From the NCBI RefSeq assembly GCF_009914755.1, contig NC_060941.1: a stretch of DNA of 64,000 bases, one strand, 5' to 3'. The translations under genes were made by a program, and so were the position numbers. Below the pieces are notes generated by a model. That model made no database searches and was not told where the DNA came from. It was given only the letters and a program-made list of their open reading frames with translations. How positions within the stretch are numbered: position 1 is the stretch's first letter; each line of letters starts with the position of its first letter. The DNA comes from the human T2T-CHM13v2.0 reference genome, Homo sapiens. Of this stretch, positions 19,911 to 44,900 are shown piece after piece.

Positions 19911-20010
19911 TCCTGCCCAGACAACTGCATGGCAGAACACAGCAAAAACCTAGTAGGATATACATCTAAATCCCTTATCTCCCCCTGCTTCACATCTCAG
20001 GGATGCATAG

Positions 20011-20139
<129 letters not shown>

Positions 20140-21097
20140 TGAGTAGCTGGAACTACAGGCACCCGCCACCACGCCCGGCTAATTTTTGTATTTTTAGTAG
20201 AAATGGGGTTTCGCCATGTTGGCCAAGCTGGTCTCGAACTTCTGATTTCAAATGATCCACCCACCTCAGCCTCCCAGAGCGCTGAGATGACAGGCGTGAG
20301 CCACCACGCTCAGCCAGCCCTGCTGTTTTTTATTCAGCTTTATTTCCCCCTAAACCTCCAGTTCTCTTTAATACTAATGATATCTGCCTTCTCCAAGTTT
20401 TTGTCATTCTTTTGTAACTTCCCTGGGGGAAATCAGAAAGAGCTGAGAAGTAGATCTCTGATCCCGCTTTTTATGGTGAGCTAAGCTGAAAAGAGGTTGG
20501 GATGTGCAGCCCCTGCTGCTATCAGGGCAAAGTATGAAAAAGAATTTTGTGGAAACATTTACATATTTACAGCAGAAGGCAGCGTGCAGATGGGAAAAAA
20601 TGGGTTTGGTATCAGGCAGACATGTGTCTGGATTCCCGTGCTGCCACTTATTAGCTTTATGTCCTTAACCTCACTGAGATCCCATTTACTGTCTATTAAA
20701 TGGAATCATTCCCTCTGCCACAAGGCTGTCCTAAGGTCATAATGAGACATGCATCAAGGGCCTAAGGATACATAATAGAGCCTTGATTAACTCGTCTTTG
20801 GTACTACCGTAAGTACTAGTGAGAGGCTGCCCACCCAGCATCCAGTTCATCCACACACTCTCCTTTCTAGTAGAAAGGAGAACTCCCATTTTTCTTTCAG
20901 TGGCTCCAGCATGTGCTTCAGGAAAGCCTGTCCCCAGCCTCAGCTCCAGGGCTATTTCCTAGTTGGTTTGAGTCAATCACAGCAGTCCCTTTTTCTTGCC
21001 AGTTACTGTATTACACATGGGTGTATGAAGCAATTCTGCACCAATGAGATTTGAGGTGAGTCAGCTTTGGTTGGAAGTTAGTTCTGAGTTAGTCCTT

Positions 21098-22097
<1,000 letters not shown>

Positions 22098-22111
22098 CCT
22101 TGTTTTCTTAA

Positions 22112-22387
<276 letters not shown>

Positions 22388-22449
22388 TAAAAGAACAGAG
22401 CAGAAGGATGCAAAGGCTCTACGCCATTTGACAATGAGCCACTAAATTA

Positions 22450-22803
<354 letters not shown>

Positions 22804-23021
22804 TTACACTTCTTTAAGCTAGGTTTTGTTACTTGCAGCCTTAATGATACATGGACCTTTGCCTGAGTCCTTGGGAATTCAAATGCCTGATTTTTAATTA
22901 AGGCCATCAAGTGCTAGCACATAGTAGGATCTCAACATTAATTTCATCTGATGTCAGACGAAGGGCATACAATAGTCCCCTGTAAAAAGATATGTAAGAA
23001 GACACTCTGGGGACTCAATGA

Positions 23022-23267
<246 letters not shown>

Positions 23268-23330
23268 TGATCCGCCCACTTTGGCCTCCCAAAGTGCTGG
23301 GATTACAGGCGTGAGCCACTGCGCCTGGCT

Positions 23331-23412
23331 CATATGTGTATATATATGTGTGTATATATATGTGTGTATATATATATATGTGTGTATATATATGTATATA
23401 TATGTGTGTATA

Positions 23413-23447
<35 letters not shown>

Positions 23448-23464
23448 GTATATGTATATGTATA
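23331..23464. repeat. Compound (TA)/(TG) microsatellite
   Basis: ~130 bp of alternating purine-pyrimidine. Confidence 0.95.
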
Positions 23465-24139
23465 TTTTTTTCCTAAGAACTAGAGAGTGCCCTCAGGTCT
23501 CAAACCACCCCCGCAGGGGAAATTGAAAGTTGACGCTTTATGGAAGGAACCCCTGAGATAGAGCCAGTCCTTTGCTTTTTTAAAATATATTTTTAAAACA
23601 TCATTCATCTATTTAATCATTACTGAGCTTCCATAATGTATAAAGAGAAAAAGTGACAAAAAGTGGGAGCCTGTAGGCAGACACGTGAACAGAAAGTACA
23701 AGTGAATAACTAATACAGGGAAGTTACTGTAAGCATCTATCTAGATCACAGCTGAGGCATAAAAAAGGATGTCAGGGTGGGTGTGCACCAGACACAGTGG
23801 GAGCTGGGCAGAGACAGACACATAAGCAAAGGGAGCAAAAGGCACTTGGACAGGAGAGCCAGCCTAGCCCAAGTCCTACCAGGGGACTGCACAGTGTGGT
23901 GTGGCCGGAACAGAGTGCAGTGGCAGCAGGCAGGCAAGACAAAGTCCTGGTCTAGGAGGAGCCAAAGGATGAAGCTGGCTGTGAGGGGCACAGCCTGCAG
24001 GAATGTCACGTGGTGGTCTCAAGTAGCAGTGAATGCAACACCTTCCCATGGCCACAGAAACTCCTTGGGTGACAGCTGTGGTGCCTTCAGCTGGAGTTAC
24101 AGCCCTAGCAGGAATAGAACTGTATGGACTGAAAATTAA

Positions 24140-24337
<198 letters not shown>

Positions 24338-24448
24338 TGAGACGGAGTCTCACTCTGTCGCTCAGGCTGGAGTGCAGTGGCGCCATCTCAGCTCCCTGCA
24401 ACCTCCGCCTCCCAGGTTCAAGCGATTCTGCCTCAGCCTCCTGAGTAG

Positions 24449-24646
<198 letters not shown>

Positions 24647-24760
24647 TAGGAATCAAGTTGTGGGTTCCAGATCCCACCTCCATTCTGCCACTAGGACTGT
24701 CAGTCATCCTTTTTGAGCCTCAGGTACCTTCTCTGTTAAGTAACAGGATGGGCCAGATGA

Positions 24761-24916
<156 letters not shown>

Positions 24917-25720
24917 TAGCTAATTTAAAAAATTTTTTTGTAGAAACGATGTCTCATCATGTTGCCCAGGCTGATTTTAAACTGTTAAACTCCTGGGCTC
25001 AAGTGATCCTCCCGCCTCAGGCTCCCAAAGTGCTACCATTATAGGTGTGAGCCACTGTGCCTGGCCCCAGATGATCTCAAACTGCAGTCCTAGGGTCCTC
25101 AGTTAGGTATTAAGTACCTGAACTCACTACATAATGGGAACAGGGCAGAGACGGCAACCAGACTCCACCTTGAATACCAACTCCAACTGACTGGTAGTGG
25201 CCCCCTGGAGTGCTATATTGAGAAAAACTTCTAAAAACACTTTGACTTCCACAAAAAAGAGTGCTTGTGCCCGATTGGTCATGTCTGCTGTGGGCTGAAG
25301 ATGCCCAAATAGTACCTTGAGTGGCAAGAATTTGCAATTTCCAGCTTCATGTATTGCATCTTACTGTGGTTGCAGGAATGTGCCAATCACCCATGGTATA
25401 AAGATACTGAAGATTAATTTCTCCTGAGGTCTTCTGTGAAAGCAAGCGCTAGGATTCCCCCAGGCTTAGGCTTACCAACCCTGTCCTGAATCCAACACCC
25501 TGGTGCCAGTTTGCCACTCCTTCCCAATCCTCCATGATTCTATCCCTGTTGCATTCATCACCTCTAAATGTCATTACTTTCTGAGTGTAACTCGGACCCT
25601 CCTTTCCTGCAGCCAAGACATAACTGATTAATTACACAACAGGCTCTCTAACCAAGAAAGATGACCTTCCTTTAAAAGATGTGGCCAGTAACCAATCCTG
25701 ATCATTTCTGTACTTTTCCT

Positions 25721-25726
25721 TTTATT
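25721..25726 (-). terminator. RAD51D: RAD51D proximal polyadenylation signal AATAAA
   Basis: canonical hexamer on the minus strand ~1.15 kb past the stop codon. Confidence 0.7.
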
Positions 25727-26865
25727 TTCCATTCCCTGGTGTCTTCGTCCCCTCCCAGCCAGGGTCATGGCTCTCAGACGGATGGCCACAGTGCTGGTGA
25801 AAGACAGAGGGATTATTTCATACACTAGGGCACTAGCTGTGGTACAGCTGGCAGGAAGAGAGGTGTAATTATATTGCATCTTGGAGCCACCAGCAATGAA
25901 TTTCTGCATAAAGGACTAGATTTGCCATGTATTATTTACGTCAGCATCAATTTTCCCAGCTGGCTCTATTTACTGTGCAAATTCTCCTCTGTCTGTTTAT
26001 GGGCAAGGCCATGGTTCAGCACCTCTGGTTATGCTGTACTGTGGAGGGGCCCCACAGGGCACCATGCATATTAAATGAGTGGCTGGATTCACCAGGAGCA
26101 GGTCATACCCTCCCTTTCTGTTAAATTATATCCCTGGAACTGCAGCGAGCCCACACGTTCTCACCTAGTCATGGTGATGCAGGCAGGTCTGAAACCAAAT
26201 CAGCAAGAGGAAAGGAGGAATAAACTGTTCTTTGGGCCTCACTGGGGGAAACTGAAAAACAGCCTTCTAAGGGGAAATCAGGTGGCTCTAGGGCTCGGGG
26301 AATTGCCTTTTTATATTTTTAAGAGCAAAACAGAGATGAAGAAGAGTATTTCATTTATAAGCTTATTTCCACCCAGTAACTCAGAGACAGAGCTAAGGAA
26401 GAGTGGGCCCCCATCTAACAAATGGAAAGGCAGAGACAAAAGAAAAAAAAGGCAGCAGCAGCAAAGGCAAGTTAGAGGCTTTCCCGGCTTGGCCACTGCG
26501 CTAGGAGGGAGCACAGGACACAATGGTGATGCACAGGATTATCCATCCAGTCGCCAGCATGCCTCATCAGAGATGCTCCCAGCCAGGGTGAACTTGGTTT
26601 CCACCAGAAACATACACGTTAGAAATAAGGGAAGGAAACGTGGCACCAGTATGAATTTCTGGGTCCTCGCAATGCAGCATCCTCTTTCGCCTGTGGTTTA
26701 TATGCTTACAGAGAGTGAGGCCAAGGAACCCAAGATGTCTCTTCTGGCCAGCCTGAGAACGTCTGTAGTCACCAGTGCCAGGTGGCAGTAAACAGCAGGC
26801 GTTACTGGGAAGAAAAGTTGGGAGGGGTCCCCAATGCTTCCCTGTTTCCCAAACAACAGCACAGG

Positions 26866-27018
<153 letters not shown>

Positions 27019-27113
27019 TCAGCCTCTAAAGAGTTCTTCTCGAAGACATCTGTGGGTATGGAAACCACCCTCCAGGGCCCAAGATTACTGGCATCTTCCT
27101 GGGGCTGGCTCAC

Positions 27114-27278
27114 CTGTCGGGAAGATTTGGCCAGACACGCCATGCGCCGGCCGCCTGATGCTCCTGCTCCCTCGATGGTGTCCAGGAGAATCCGAGTGCT
27201 GGGCACAAAGCTCCAGGAGCGTCCGAGGGCAGGTTTGAGCCTCCCGCTGTCCCTGTCTCGAGTTATGTGGTTGGTCAC
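27114..27278 (-). CDS. RAD51D: RAD51D exon 9 ([22 protein letters not shown]...AKSSRQ)
   Basis: ctgcag acceptor, CAG|GTGAG donor, 165 nt. Confidence 0.97.
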
Positions 27279-27624
27279 CTGCAGCAGAAACAGACTTACA
27301 GATCCATAATGCTAGTATAGAGGACATCGATTACTACCGCTTCATTTTACGGAGAGGAAAACAGAGGCCTAGCACAGAGAAATAACTTCCCCAAGGTTAC
27401 AAAACCTAATGGCAGGTCTGGAACTAGAACCTGGGCCTCCTGACTTGTGCCCCGCTCTTTCCACTAAATCTCGATGCCTCAGGTTTGACCCGAACCAGAA
27501 GGCGATGGGGCACATGTCACCATGCTTTCCAGGCTGGTCTCAAACTCTTGAGCTCATGCAGTCCGCCAGCCTCAGCCTCCCAAAGTGCTGGGATTACAAG
27601 TGTGGGCCACCACGCCCAGACACT

Positions 27625-28005
27625 CAGCCTTTAAAAGGAAGGAAAGTCTGACACATGCTACAAGGTGGATGAACCTTCTGGACATTATGCTAAGTGAAAT
27701 ACTCCAGTCACAAAAAGTAAATACCATATGATTCCATGTATATGAGGTTCCTAGAGTAGTCAAAAAGCATAGATACAGAAAGTAGAATGGTGGTTGTCAG
27801 GGGCTGGGGAAGGGGAAAATGAGTTATTTTTAATGGGTACAGAGTTTCAGTTTTACAAGGTGAAGAGTTATAGAGATGGATGGTGGTGATGGTTGTACAG
27901 CGTTATGAATGTATTTAACACCACCGAACTGTATACCTTAAAGTGGTTAAGATAGTAAATTTTATGTTACATGTATTTTACCACAATAAAAGAAACTGGA
28001 AAAAA
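27625..28005 (+). mobile_element. Old L1 (L1MB-like) 3' end in RAD51D intron 8
   Basis: GACATTATGCTAAGTGAAAT...GAAAGTAGAATGGTGGTTG...AGAGTTTCAGTTTT...AATAAAA typical of L1M 3'UTRs. Confidence 0.8.
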
Positions 28006-28115
28006 TATATAGCTGCTAAAAATTACATTTCTAAAAAATCTATTTTAAAACATAGGAAATGGACTCAGATGGTATTTTTTATGTTGTTGTTTTGGTTTGT
28101 TTGTTTTTGAGATGA

Positions 28116-28217
<102 letters not shown>

Positions 28218-29070
28218 TAGTTTTTGTATTTTTTGTAGAGGTGGGGTTTTGCCATGTTGCCCAGGCTAGTCTCGAACTCCTGGGCTCAAGTGATCCACCA
28301 GCCTTGGCTTCTCAAAGTGCTGGGATTACACGCATAAACCAGCGCACCTGGCCTATTTTTTTTTATTTTTTCATGAGGTTAGTTTAGTTAGAAAGCTGGT
28401 TAAGTGTGGGCTCACACCTGTAATACCAACACTTTGGGAGGCTGAGGCGGGTGGATTGCTTGAGCCTGGAAGGTCGAGCTGCAGTGAGCTGTGATTGTGC
28501 CCCTGCACTCCAGCCTGGGAAACAGAGCGAAACCCTATCTCAAAAGAAAAAAAAAAGAAAGAAAGAAAGTTGGCTAAAAGTATAAGTAAATATGCAGAAA
28601 AAGTATTGTATGGAGATATGTAAAAATATTAATATGGTTTCTGTGGATGTGGAGATTGATGACAAATTTGAATCATATTTATTTTCTATCCTTTCTATGA
28701 GAAGCATGCAGACTTTAAAAAAACTACCTCATAAGCAGAAAAAGTTACTTCAATAGCAAAAAGATCCATTTATATGAAGCTCTGGAAAAGGCCAAACTAT
28801 TGGGATGGAAAACAGATCAGTGGTTGCCTGGGCCTGGGGGACCTTTTGGTGGGGTCACAAGACTGGATACAACTATATCCATTAGTCAAACTTCAAACAA
28901 GGAGAAAGTTACTCTATGTAAATTATACCTCAATAAACCTGACTAAAAAGAAAAAATGTAGAAACAAAACAAAACAACAAAAAAACAACAAGACGATTCC
29001 TGATTCCCTTAGCTATTTATGGTGCAAAGCTGTAGCTGACCCAGGGAAGCTGGGATATGTCCCTTTCCTA

Positions 29071-29358
<288 letters not shown>

Positions 29359-29361
29359 TCA

Positions 29362-29508
<147 letters not shown>

Positions 29509-29771
29509 TTACAGGACAAGCTTGCTTTTCTATCTAAAACTAGTAAGAAATAGCCCCCCCATCCCAAATACAGCAAGCTGCACGGGCATCACAGAATGTC
29601 ATCAGCAGCAATGTCTCCCTCGTCCCATTGGCATGTGTAACAGACTTCAATGAAGACTTGGGTAGAAAGAAAGGGTTTAAATCACAGGACATCAAAACTA
29701 CACTAAAGTGGCTGGGCGCAGTGGCTCACGCCTGTAATCCCAGCACTTTGGGAGGCCAAGGCGGTGGATCA

Positions 29772-30011
<240 letters not shown>

Positions 30012-32256
30012 CTAAAAACTACATTAAAGTCATCAAATTTCAGAAAGCTCCGCAGAGAGTCCTGAGGCCTCTGGTCATGGATCTCTCAGCAGCCATCTCT
30101 CTCCTGTGTCCAGCCTCCCACCATGGTGGTAAGGCCCTTCTTTTCCTTTTCTGACTCCCTCCTTTCTTTCCCTTGTCCTGCTAACTACCACCCTCAAATT
30201 CCTAACTTCCTTTGCTGAAGAGTTTAGCCTTCTCTTTACTTCACTGTCTCCTTCTAGATCATGCCTCTAGGCCTCATCTTCCGTATCTAAAATGCCTCCA
30301 AATAAATTCCCTAAGTCTTGCTCTGTCACCCAGGCTGGAGTGCAGTGGCATGATCTCAGCTAACTGCAACCTCTGCCTCCTCGGTTCAAACGATTCTCAT
30401 GCCTCAGCTTCCTAAGTAGCTGTGACTATGGGTGCACACATTGGGTGCACACTATGGGTGCTAATTTTTGTATTTTTAGCAGAGACGGGGTTTTACCGTG
30501 TTGGCCAGGCTGGTCTCGAAATCCGGCCTCAAGTGATCTGGCCACTTTGGCCTCCCAAAATGCCAGGATTACAGGCATGAGCCACCAAGCCTAGCCTGTG
30601 CCATCTTTCTAACCATAATTTTCTGTCTTTACACAAGCAGGAGAATCCTCCTGGTTTCCCTGGACTTAAACTGTTTTTGATGCTTCTTTTCTCTTCTCCC
30701 TTACTTCTTATATCCTGATTCTGGTTCTTTTTCTTTTCTTCTTTCTTTTTCTTTTTTTTTTTTTTAAGACAGGGTCTTGCTATGCTGCCCAGGCTGGTCC
30801 TGAACTCCTGGGCTCAAGTGATCCTCCTGCCTTGGCCTTCCAAAGCATTGGGATTTTAGGCGTGAGCCACCGCTCCTAGTCTCAGATTCTTAACCCCTAG
30901 AAACTGTGAGATAAGAAATACTATGTCTTAAGCCACTAAGGTTTTGGTAACTTATTATGCAATAATAGAAGATATATCATCTAATGGTCCTACAGTAAAA
31001 AATACAGTCTTCTGATCTGGAATTGAGAGGTTTGGGCTATAAGGTTAGTTCTTGCCCTAAATATTTGGTCAACTTTGGTCAACTCACTTCACTTCTCCGG
31101 CCTTCACTCTTCTCATCTCTAAAAGTGAGGTAAGCACTACTCAGCTTCATGTCTCAACAAGCTGGTGGGTCATAACCAGCTATGACTTCTGAGGTAAGTA
31201 TTTGTTCAACATTTTTTTTTAAAGACGGGGTCTAGCTCTGCTGACCAGGCTAAGGTACAGTGGTATGATCATAGCTCACTGCAACCTCCAACTGCTAGGC
31301 TCAAGCAATCCTCCCGTCTCAGCCTCTGGAGTCATTAGGATTACAGGTGTGGGCCACCACTCCCAGCTTGTTCAACTATTATATGTTCTAAAGTTTGTAA
31401 AAATCATTGACTTTATATATAGTCGTGGGGATGCCCGTGTGAACACGTCATGCTTTGGGGTGAGAGGAAAAGTTTGAGATAAACTATTCTATCTTTAAGG
31501 TATCCTCCACATCTAGTCATTTATAAATCAGTGCACCAAATCCTGTCTAAGCACCCAACATGAGTAGCAAAGTGCCAACCCAAATGCCATTCTAAATCCT
31601 TCCCATTAACATGACTCTGAATGTGTTCAGCGACTGGGCAGAAATCTGACTTCAGGGATGGTGGGCCCAGGTCTTAGTCCAAGATACACACATAACCCCA
31701 TTTTGGCCAACTAGATGTAAGGGGAAGAGGGACGTCTATTAGTGGGCTCTGGAGAAAGATTCTTCATCCCTGATAAAAGGGAGGAGGTACAGAAAAGAAC
31801 CATCTATCTTTTACTGCCTTGAATATGGATGTGGATGTGTGAAGACAAGATGCTTGGAGCTTTGGCAGCCTCTTTGCAACCATGAGGGGAAGAACAAGAA
31901 AATCAGACACACAAATCTATTGCCCTGATAGCATGGACCTGCCAACCTCCCAACTCATGTGACATAATTAAATGTCCTCAAGCTTCAAGTCTCTGTCAGA
32001 CAACCTCTATTACTTGCAGCTAAAAGTATTCCTCACTCACCTAGTGGGGAATGCAGACATAAATATGACATGATCCTTCCACTCAGGGGGCTTTACTGTT
32101 CAGCAGGGAAGATGAACATGTAAACAATGAGGTATGTGATTTAGGTGCTCGGGAATTCCATCCTGGGAGTAGCAAGCATAGTTGGAGTCACCAGATTGCA
32201 CATCTGCATTTCCAAACAGTCTGTAGTAGGACACCTGCCCACAGAGATAGCACCTA

Positions 32257-32490
<234 letters not shown>

Positions 32491-32867
32491 TCAGGTCCAG
32501 GGTGGCAAATGAGCTTTGTCTAATGGTCAGTTGTCACAGTGGTGGCTGCCTGGGTGCTGAGCTGTAAAGTACTCAGAACTCAGCAGGAAAGAGGGATATG
32601 ACTGATTAGTGATGTCTCTCACAGGTGAGAAATGGACTGGAAACACAAAGCTTGGTGTTTGCCAGCCCTGGTTTAGGGCATGCAAAGAGTTGGGAGGGTT
32701 TCCTGGAAGAATCAGTGTGAGTAGCATCCCAAATGGGATGATGGCATCAACAGGGGTGGCTTAAGGAATACGAGATGTATTAATAGAACAGCAAGTTTGA
32801 AGGCAAGGAATGACTATTCAACCCAAATTCTTACAATGTTAAGGGATAATGGGGTTTTCCTGTGTCA

Positions 32868-33068
<201 letters not shown>

Positions 33069-33248
33069 TCAGAGAGGGTCCAGATGGGAGCTCCCCACCA
33101 AACCTTGCCCAGATTCCAGCAACACAAATGGGCTGAGTCCCGACCCCATTCCTTATTACCCATCTTCTCTCTGTTGGGCTCTGAACCCATTAGTACGCTG
33201 AAGCTCCCCCAGGGACCCTGGGCTATGCATCTACCACCCTCACCCCTA

Positions 33249-33395
<147 letters not shown>

Positions 33396-33569
33396 TTAGG
33401 AGGAAGACAGGGGAAAAGGTACCAAGAAGAAAAGTAAGACATTTCTTTCAAGCACTGGTTCTGTCTTTGAACATCACTGGCCAGGAGGCTTCTCCTGGTG
33501 TTTTCTTCTGGTAAGGAGGGAATGCCCAAATGTGCCTTCTCTGGTCTCTCTTCATCCCTCCACTCTTAA

Positions 33570-34035
<466 letters not shown>

Positions 34036-34051
34036 TAGTCCTAGCTACTCA

Positions 34052-38690
<4,639 letters not shown>

Positions 38691-39081
38691 CCTAGGAGTT
38701 TGTAATTATTTGTTATTTGCTTGTTTTTGTTTGTCTTGCTCATCTAGCTGAGAGCACCATGGGGCAAGGACTGGGTCCGATCCCTGTCGCATCCCCAGCA
38801 CTAGCACAGTGCCTGAAACACAGGAGGCACCCAATAATCATTCCAGAAAAATGAGTAACAGAAAGGTGCTATCACTTTTATTTCGCTTCTGTATCATCAA
38901 CACTGGCTGTGAAAGACTTGGGATAAACCTCATGACATGCCAATTCCTAAACCAGGTTCTCTCCCTCAACCACATGAAACAGGTCACCACCTACCCTCCA
39001 TGCCCTGCCCTATCTCTAGGCTGAAGTTTCTTCTATGCCACGGCCTGTACCAATGCCTGATCACATGCGTACCTTTCCTAG

Positions 39082-39561
<480 letters not shown>

Positions 39562-39998
39562 TAGCCCTGTGGCTTCTTGAGATAATTGTGCTCACCCCAT
39601 CTCTGTTTAATAAGTATCCAGCCTCTACCACTCCTGATTCCATTCTTCCCATTGAGATCAGAGGAACCCCAGTGTGGTCCCCAGACCAGGTGCATCAGCA
39701 ACCTTTAAGGACTAGCTAGAAATGCAAATTCACAGCTCCGCTCCCCAAGACCTACTGAATCAGAAACTCTGGGAATGCAGCCCACACTTGAAACTTGAGT
39801 TTCAACAAGGCCTCCAAGTGATTTTGAAGCCTGCTCAAGTTTCAGAACCATTAGACTAGAGTAGTTAGTCTCAATCCTGCCTGCACATTAAAATCAGGGG
39901 AGTTGGCTGGACGCAGTGGCTCTCGCCTGTAATCCTAGCACTTTGGGAGGCCGAGGCGGGTGGATCACGAGGTCAGGAGATCGAGACCATCCCGGCTA

Positions 39999-40205
<207 letters not shown>

Positions 40206-41620
40206 TTAAATAAAATAAAATCAGGGGAGTTTTTTAAAAAATGCCTATGTCAGCAGTACCCAAAGTTGTCTGCACATTGGATTCACCTGGGAGCTTCAAA
40301 AAAATACTGATGCCTGGCCAGGCATGGTGGCTCATACCTGTCATCTCAACACTTTGGGAGACAGAGGTAGGATTGCTTGAGCCCAGGAATTTGAGACCAG
40401 CCTTGGCAACACAGCAAGACCCCTGTCTCTACAAAAAAAAAAAATTTTTTTTAATTAGCCAGGCATGGTGGTGAGCACCTGTAGTCCCAGCTACTTGGGA
40501 GGCTGAGGCAGGGAGACTGCCTGAGTCCAGGAGTTCAAGGCTGCAGTGAACTATGATTGTGCACCACTGCACTCCTGCCTGGGCAACAGAGCAAGACCCT
40601 GTCTCTAAAAAACAAATTAAAAAATTAAAAAATACTGATGCCTGTGTCCCACTCACAGTGAATGAGATTAATTGGTCTGGGGGAGACTTGGACTTCGTAA
40701 TGTTTAAAAGAGTCCTCAGGTGACTCCAATGGGCACACAAGTTTGGGAACCACTGACCTAGACTAATTAAATTAGAATATATAGAGTTGGGACCAGAGCA
40801 TGAATATCTCAAGTTTCCCAGATGATTCTAACGTGCAGCTGGGGTTGAAGCACTGGTGTTGACTCTAGTCAAGAATCAACCACATCCTTGGCTGTGGAGA
40901 TCAGTCTGTATAAGGTATTCCCAAATCCACCTTCCAGCCAACTTCTCACCTGAGTTTCCATTCCGTGCCTCTCCGACTGCCCAGAGAACCTTCCTACCAA
41001 TATGTCCCCATCACCTTTAACTCCGCATGTCAACAGGGAGAGACCCCTGTCTTGCCCCATGAAGCAGAAGTACACCTGGGTTTTACCACTGCCTAGAATA
41101 CAGGTGATTTCTGGGACTTATCCTCTGCCTTTCCCTCTGAACTGCCTTTTAGCCATTCTTTCAGTCATCCATTCACACACCACTTCAATGCCTCATATTT
41201 CCTGACAGTCTTATTCTAAAATGAGGGGACTGTGGGATGAACAGACCTAGCTCTGGCCTATAAGGAATAATCAATCTCCCTCATCAACATAGCTTTTCCC
41301 AAAGTACGTTACATGCTATAACACCCTGTAAGGAATCATTGCACCTCAGCACTAAAGGTTCTGAGGCGGCCTACAACAGAGAAACCTGTTTAATTTGGAT
41401 TAGTCAGGCATTTCTCAAACTTCTGACTACAGAACTCCCCTCCTCCCAAGTTTTAAAGTTACACCATTAACTGTCCACAGCACACGGTAAGAAAGGCTAG
41501 AGACTGGGCATGGTAGCTCACGCCTGTAATCCCAGCACTTTGGAAGGCCAAGGCGGGCGGATCACGAGGTCAGAAGATCGAGACCATCCTGGCCAACATG
41601 GCGAAAGTCCATCTCTACTA

Positions 41621-41944
<324 letters not shown>

Positions 41945-42254
41945 TCAGCTTTGATTCTTCACAATACATTCCAAACTCCGACAAAAAAAAAAAAGAAAGA
42001 AAGAAAGAAAGGCTAGAAACCTGGTGAGTCAGCTTTGATTCTTCACAATACATTCCTCCTGGTAGTAGGTCTTGTCACAGTTCCTCTTCAACATGTCTCC
42101 CACTGTTCTAGACTGGACTCACATACCCCAGGCCAGCACTGCCAGGGCCCTGCTTGGCCTCTGCCACCCTTCCACCCTGCACACCTCTACCCCACTGTCT
42201 ATAACCCTGCTTTCACAATGGCCTCCCGCCTCCAGGGAGACAGCCGGGCAGATG

Positions 42255-42822
<568 letters not shown>

Positions 42823-43425
42823 TCCATCTGTTCCTCCATGCCCAAGTCCTGCCTTCTTCAGAGCATTCCTGACCCCACTCCACGATCTCCCTGCGGGGAC
42901 CTGAGGCAGCTGCAGTCCTCCCAGGTTCCCACTTGAGTGCGCCCTCCATGTCTGTTGGATTTATAAACTCCCTAAGCCCAAGGCCAATCGGCTTCCTGTT
43001 CACCACTCCCTCCTTACCGTTGCCTCCCTCGGTGCTTACAGCTCTCTTGTATTCACTTGATTTTCCCCTACACCCAACTAGAGGCCTTAAGGGCAGGGGC
43101 CTTGCCTCATTCGTGTATGTATCATCTGCACATACCAAGCACCCAGCAGGCCCTTAGCCAGTGCTTGATGGATCACAGACTCAGACCCCCAACCAGGGAA
43201 AGCAAGCACCACACTGCATGAACCCTGCCAAGAGAATGTGTTAAGGAAACAGAAAGGGCCACACCAATCCAAAGACCTTTATGGTGGCAGTTATTCATCA
43301 ATTTCTGAACAAACAGACCAGGAAAAAGGTCAAGACTCACTTGGCCAGCAAACGTCTGTCGTCTTTGCAACTCTTCCCCAACCCACCAAACAACGTGGCG
43401 GGACATAACTGCTCCTTTTTTTTGA

Positions 43426-43653
<228 letters not shown>

Positions 43654-44023
43654 TGATCTGCCGCCTCAGCCTCCCAAAGTGCTGGGATTACAGGTATGAG
43701 CACTGCATCTGGACCGCAACTCCTTCTTTCTCTGAACTCTCCTGTTCTCTACTGCTGCAGATGTGGTGAATAAGTTCTGGGCCACATACTCCCGCGCTTG
43801 AGCCTCACCTTTGCCACTTGCTCCTCTTAGGCTAAACTCAAGTAGGGTTAATTATCTCTAACTGGTAGAGTCACTGAAGAGATTACCTAGAACATACAGG
43901 TAATGCCTGCACATAGTAGGCACTCAGTAAATGTTCTCTCTTGCCATATCCTTAAGTAAAATAAGAAGTAGGGCCAGAGAAGATGGTGAAAATAATGAGA
44001 TACTGACAGCTTGTGTTATAGGA

Positions 44024-44255
44024 CAATGCTTCTCAACCAGAGGCAATTGTGCCTCCCAGGGGACATTTAGCCATGTCAGGAGACATTTTTGATGGTTACA
44101 ACTGGAGCAGGGCTGGTGCTACTGGCATCTAGTGGGCAGAGGCCAGAGATGCTGCTAAACATCCTACACTGCACAGGACAGCCTCCACCCCCCAACAAAT
44201 AATTACCTGTCCCTAAATATCAATAGTGCCAAGGCTGAGATACCCCATAACCCTG
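44024..44255 (+). mobile_element. MER20 hAT DNA transposon with 8-bp TSD TTATAGGA
   Basis: CAATGCTTCTCAACC...CAGGGGACATTT...GCTACTGGCATCTAGTGGGCAGAGGCCAG; TSD at 44016-44023 and 44256-44263. Confidence 0.88.
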
Positions 44256-44414
44256 TTATAGGATAAGAATTCAGATGTCCTGACCCCTTTCCTTCCCATC
44301 CATTATTGGTTAAAAAAAAAACCCCTCCCGTCTAGACTCAAGCATCAAAAGCAGAGCTGAGAGGAGGCCCCATCCTCCTGCCTCTCTCCTTCTTCCCCAA
44401 GTACACACACAAAC

Positions 44415-44533
44415 CTGCCAATGCCAGTGGACAGGATGGCAGTGGAGGTCTTCAGTTCCTCGTAGAGATCAGCGCCATTCACGGGGAAAGCCGAGAACTG
44501 AGCCAGCAGCACCCGCCTCAGGGCAACCAGGGC
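44415..44533 (-). CDS. RAD51D: RAD51D exon 3 ([39 protein letters not shown])
   Basis: cag acceptor, CAG|GTTTG donor, 119 nt; peptide visible in ORF 44345..44599. Confidence 0.97.
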
Positions 44534-44576
44534 CTGCCAAAGGGCCCCAGACTGCTCAGCAACAAATTGCCCGTAG

Positions 44577-44900
<324 letters not shown>

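Noticed and set aside
26075-26791. 238-aa ATG-initiated ORF antisense to the RAD51D 3'UTR
   Set aside because: No recognisable domain, weak Kozak context, no evident promoter or poly(A) signal; PhyloCSF or Ribo-seq would be needed to rescue it.
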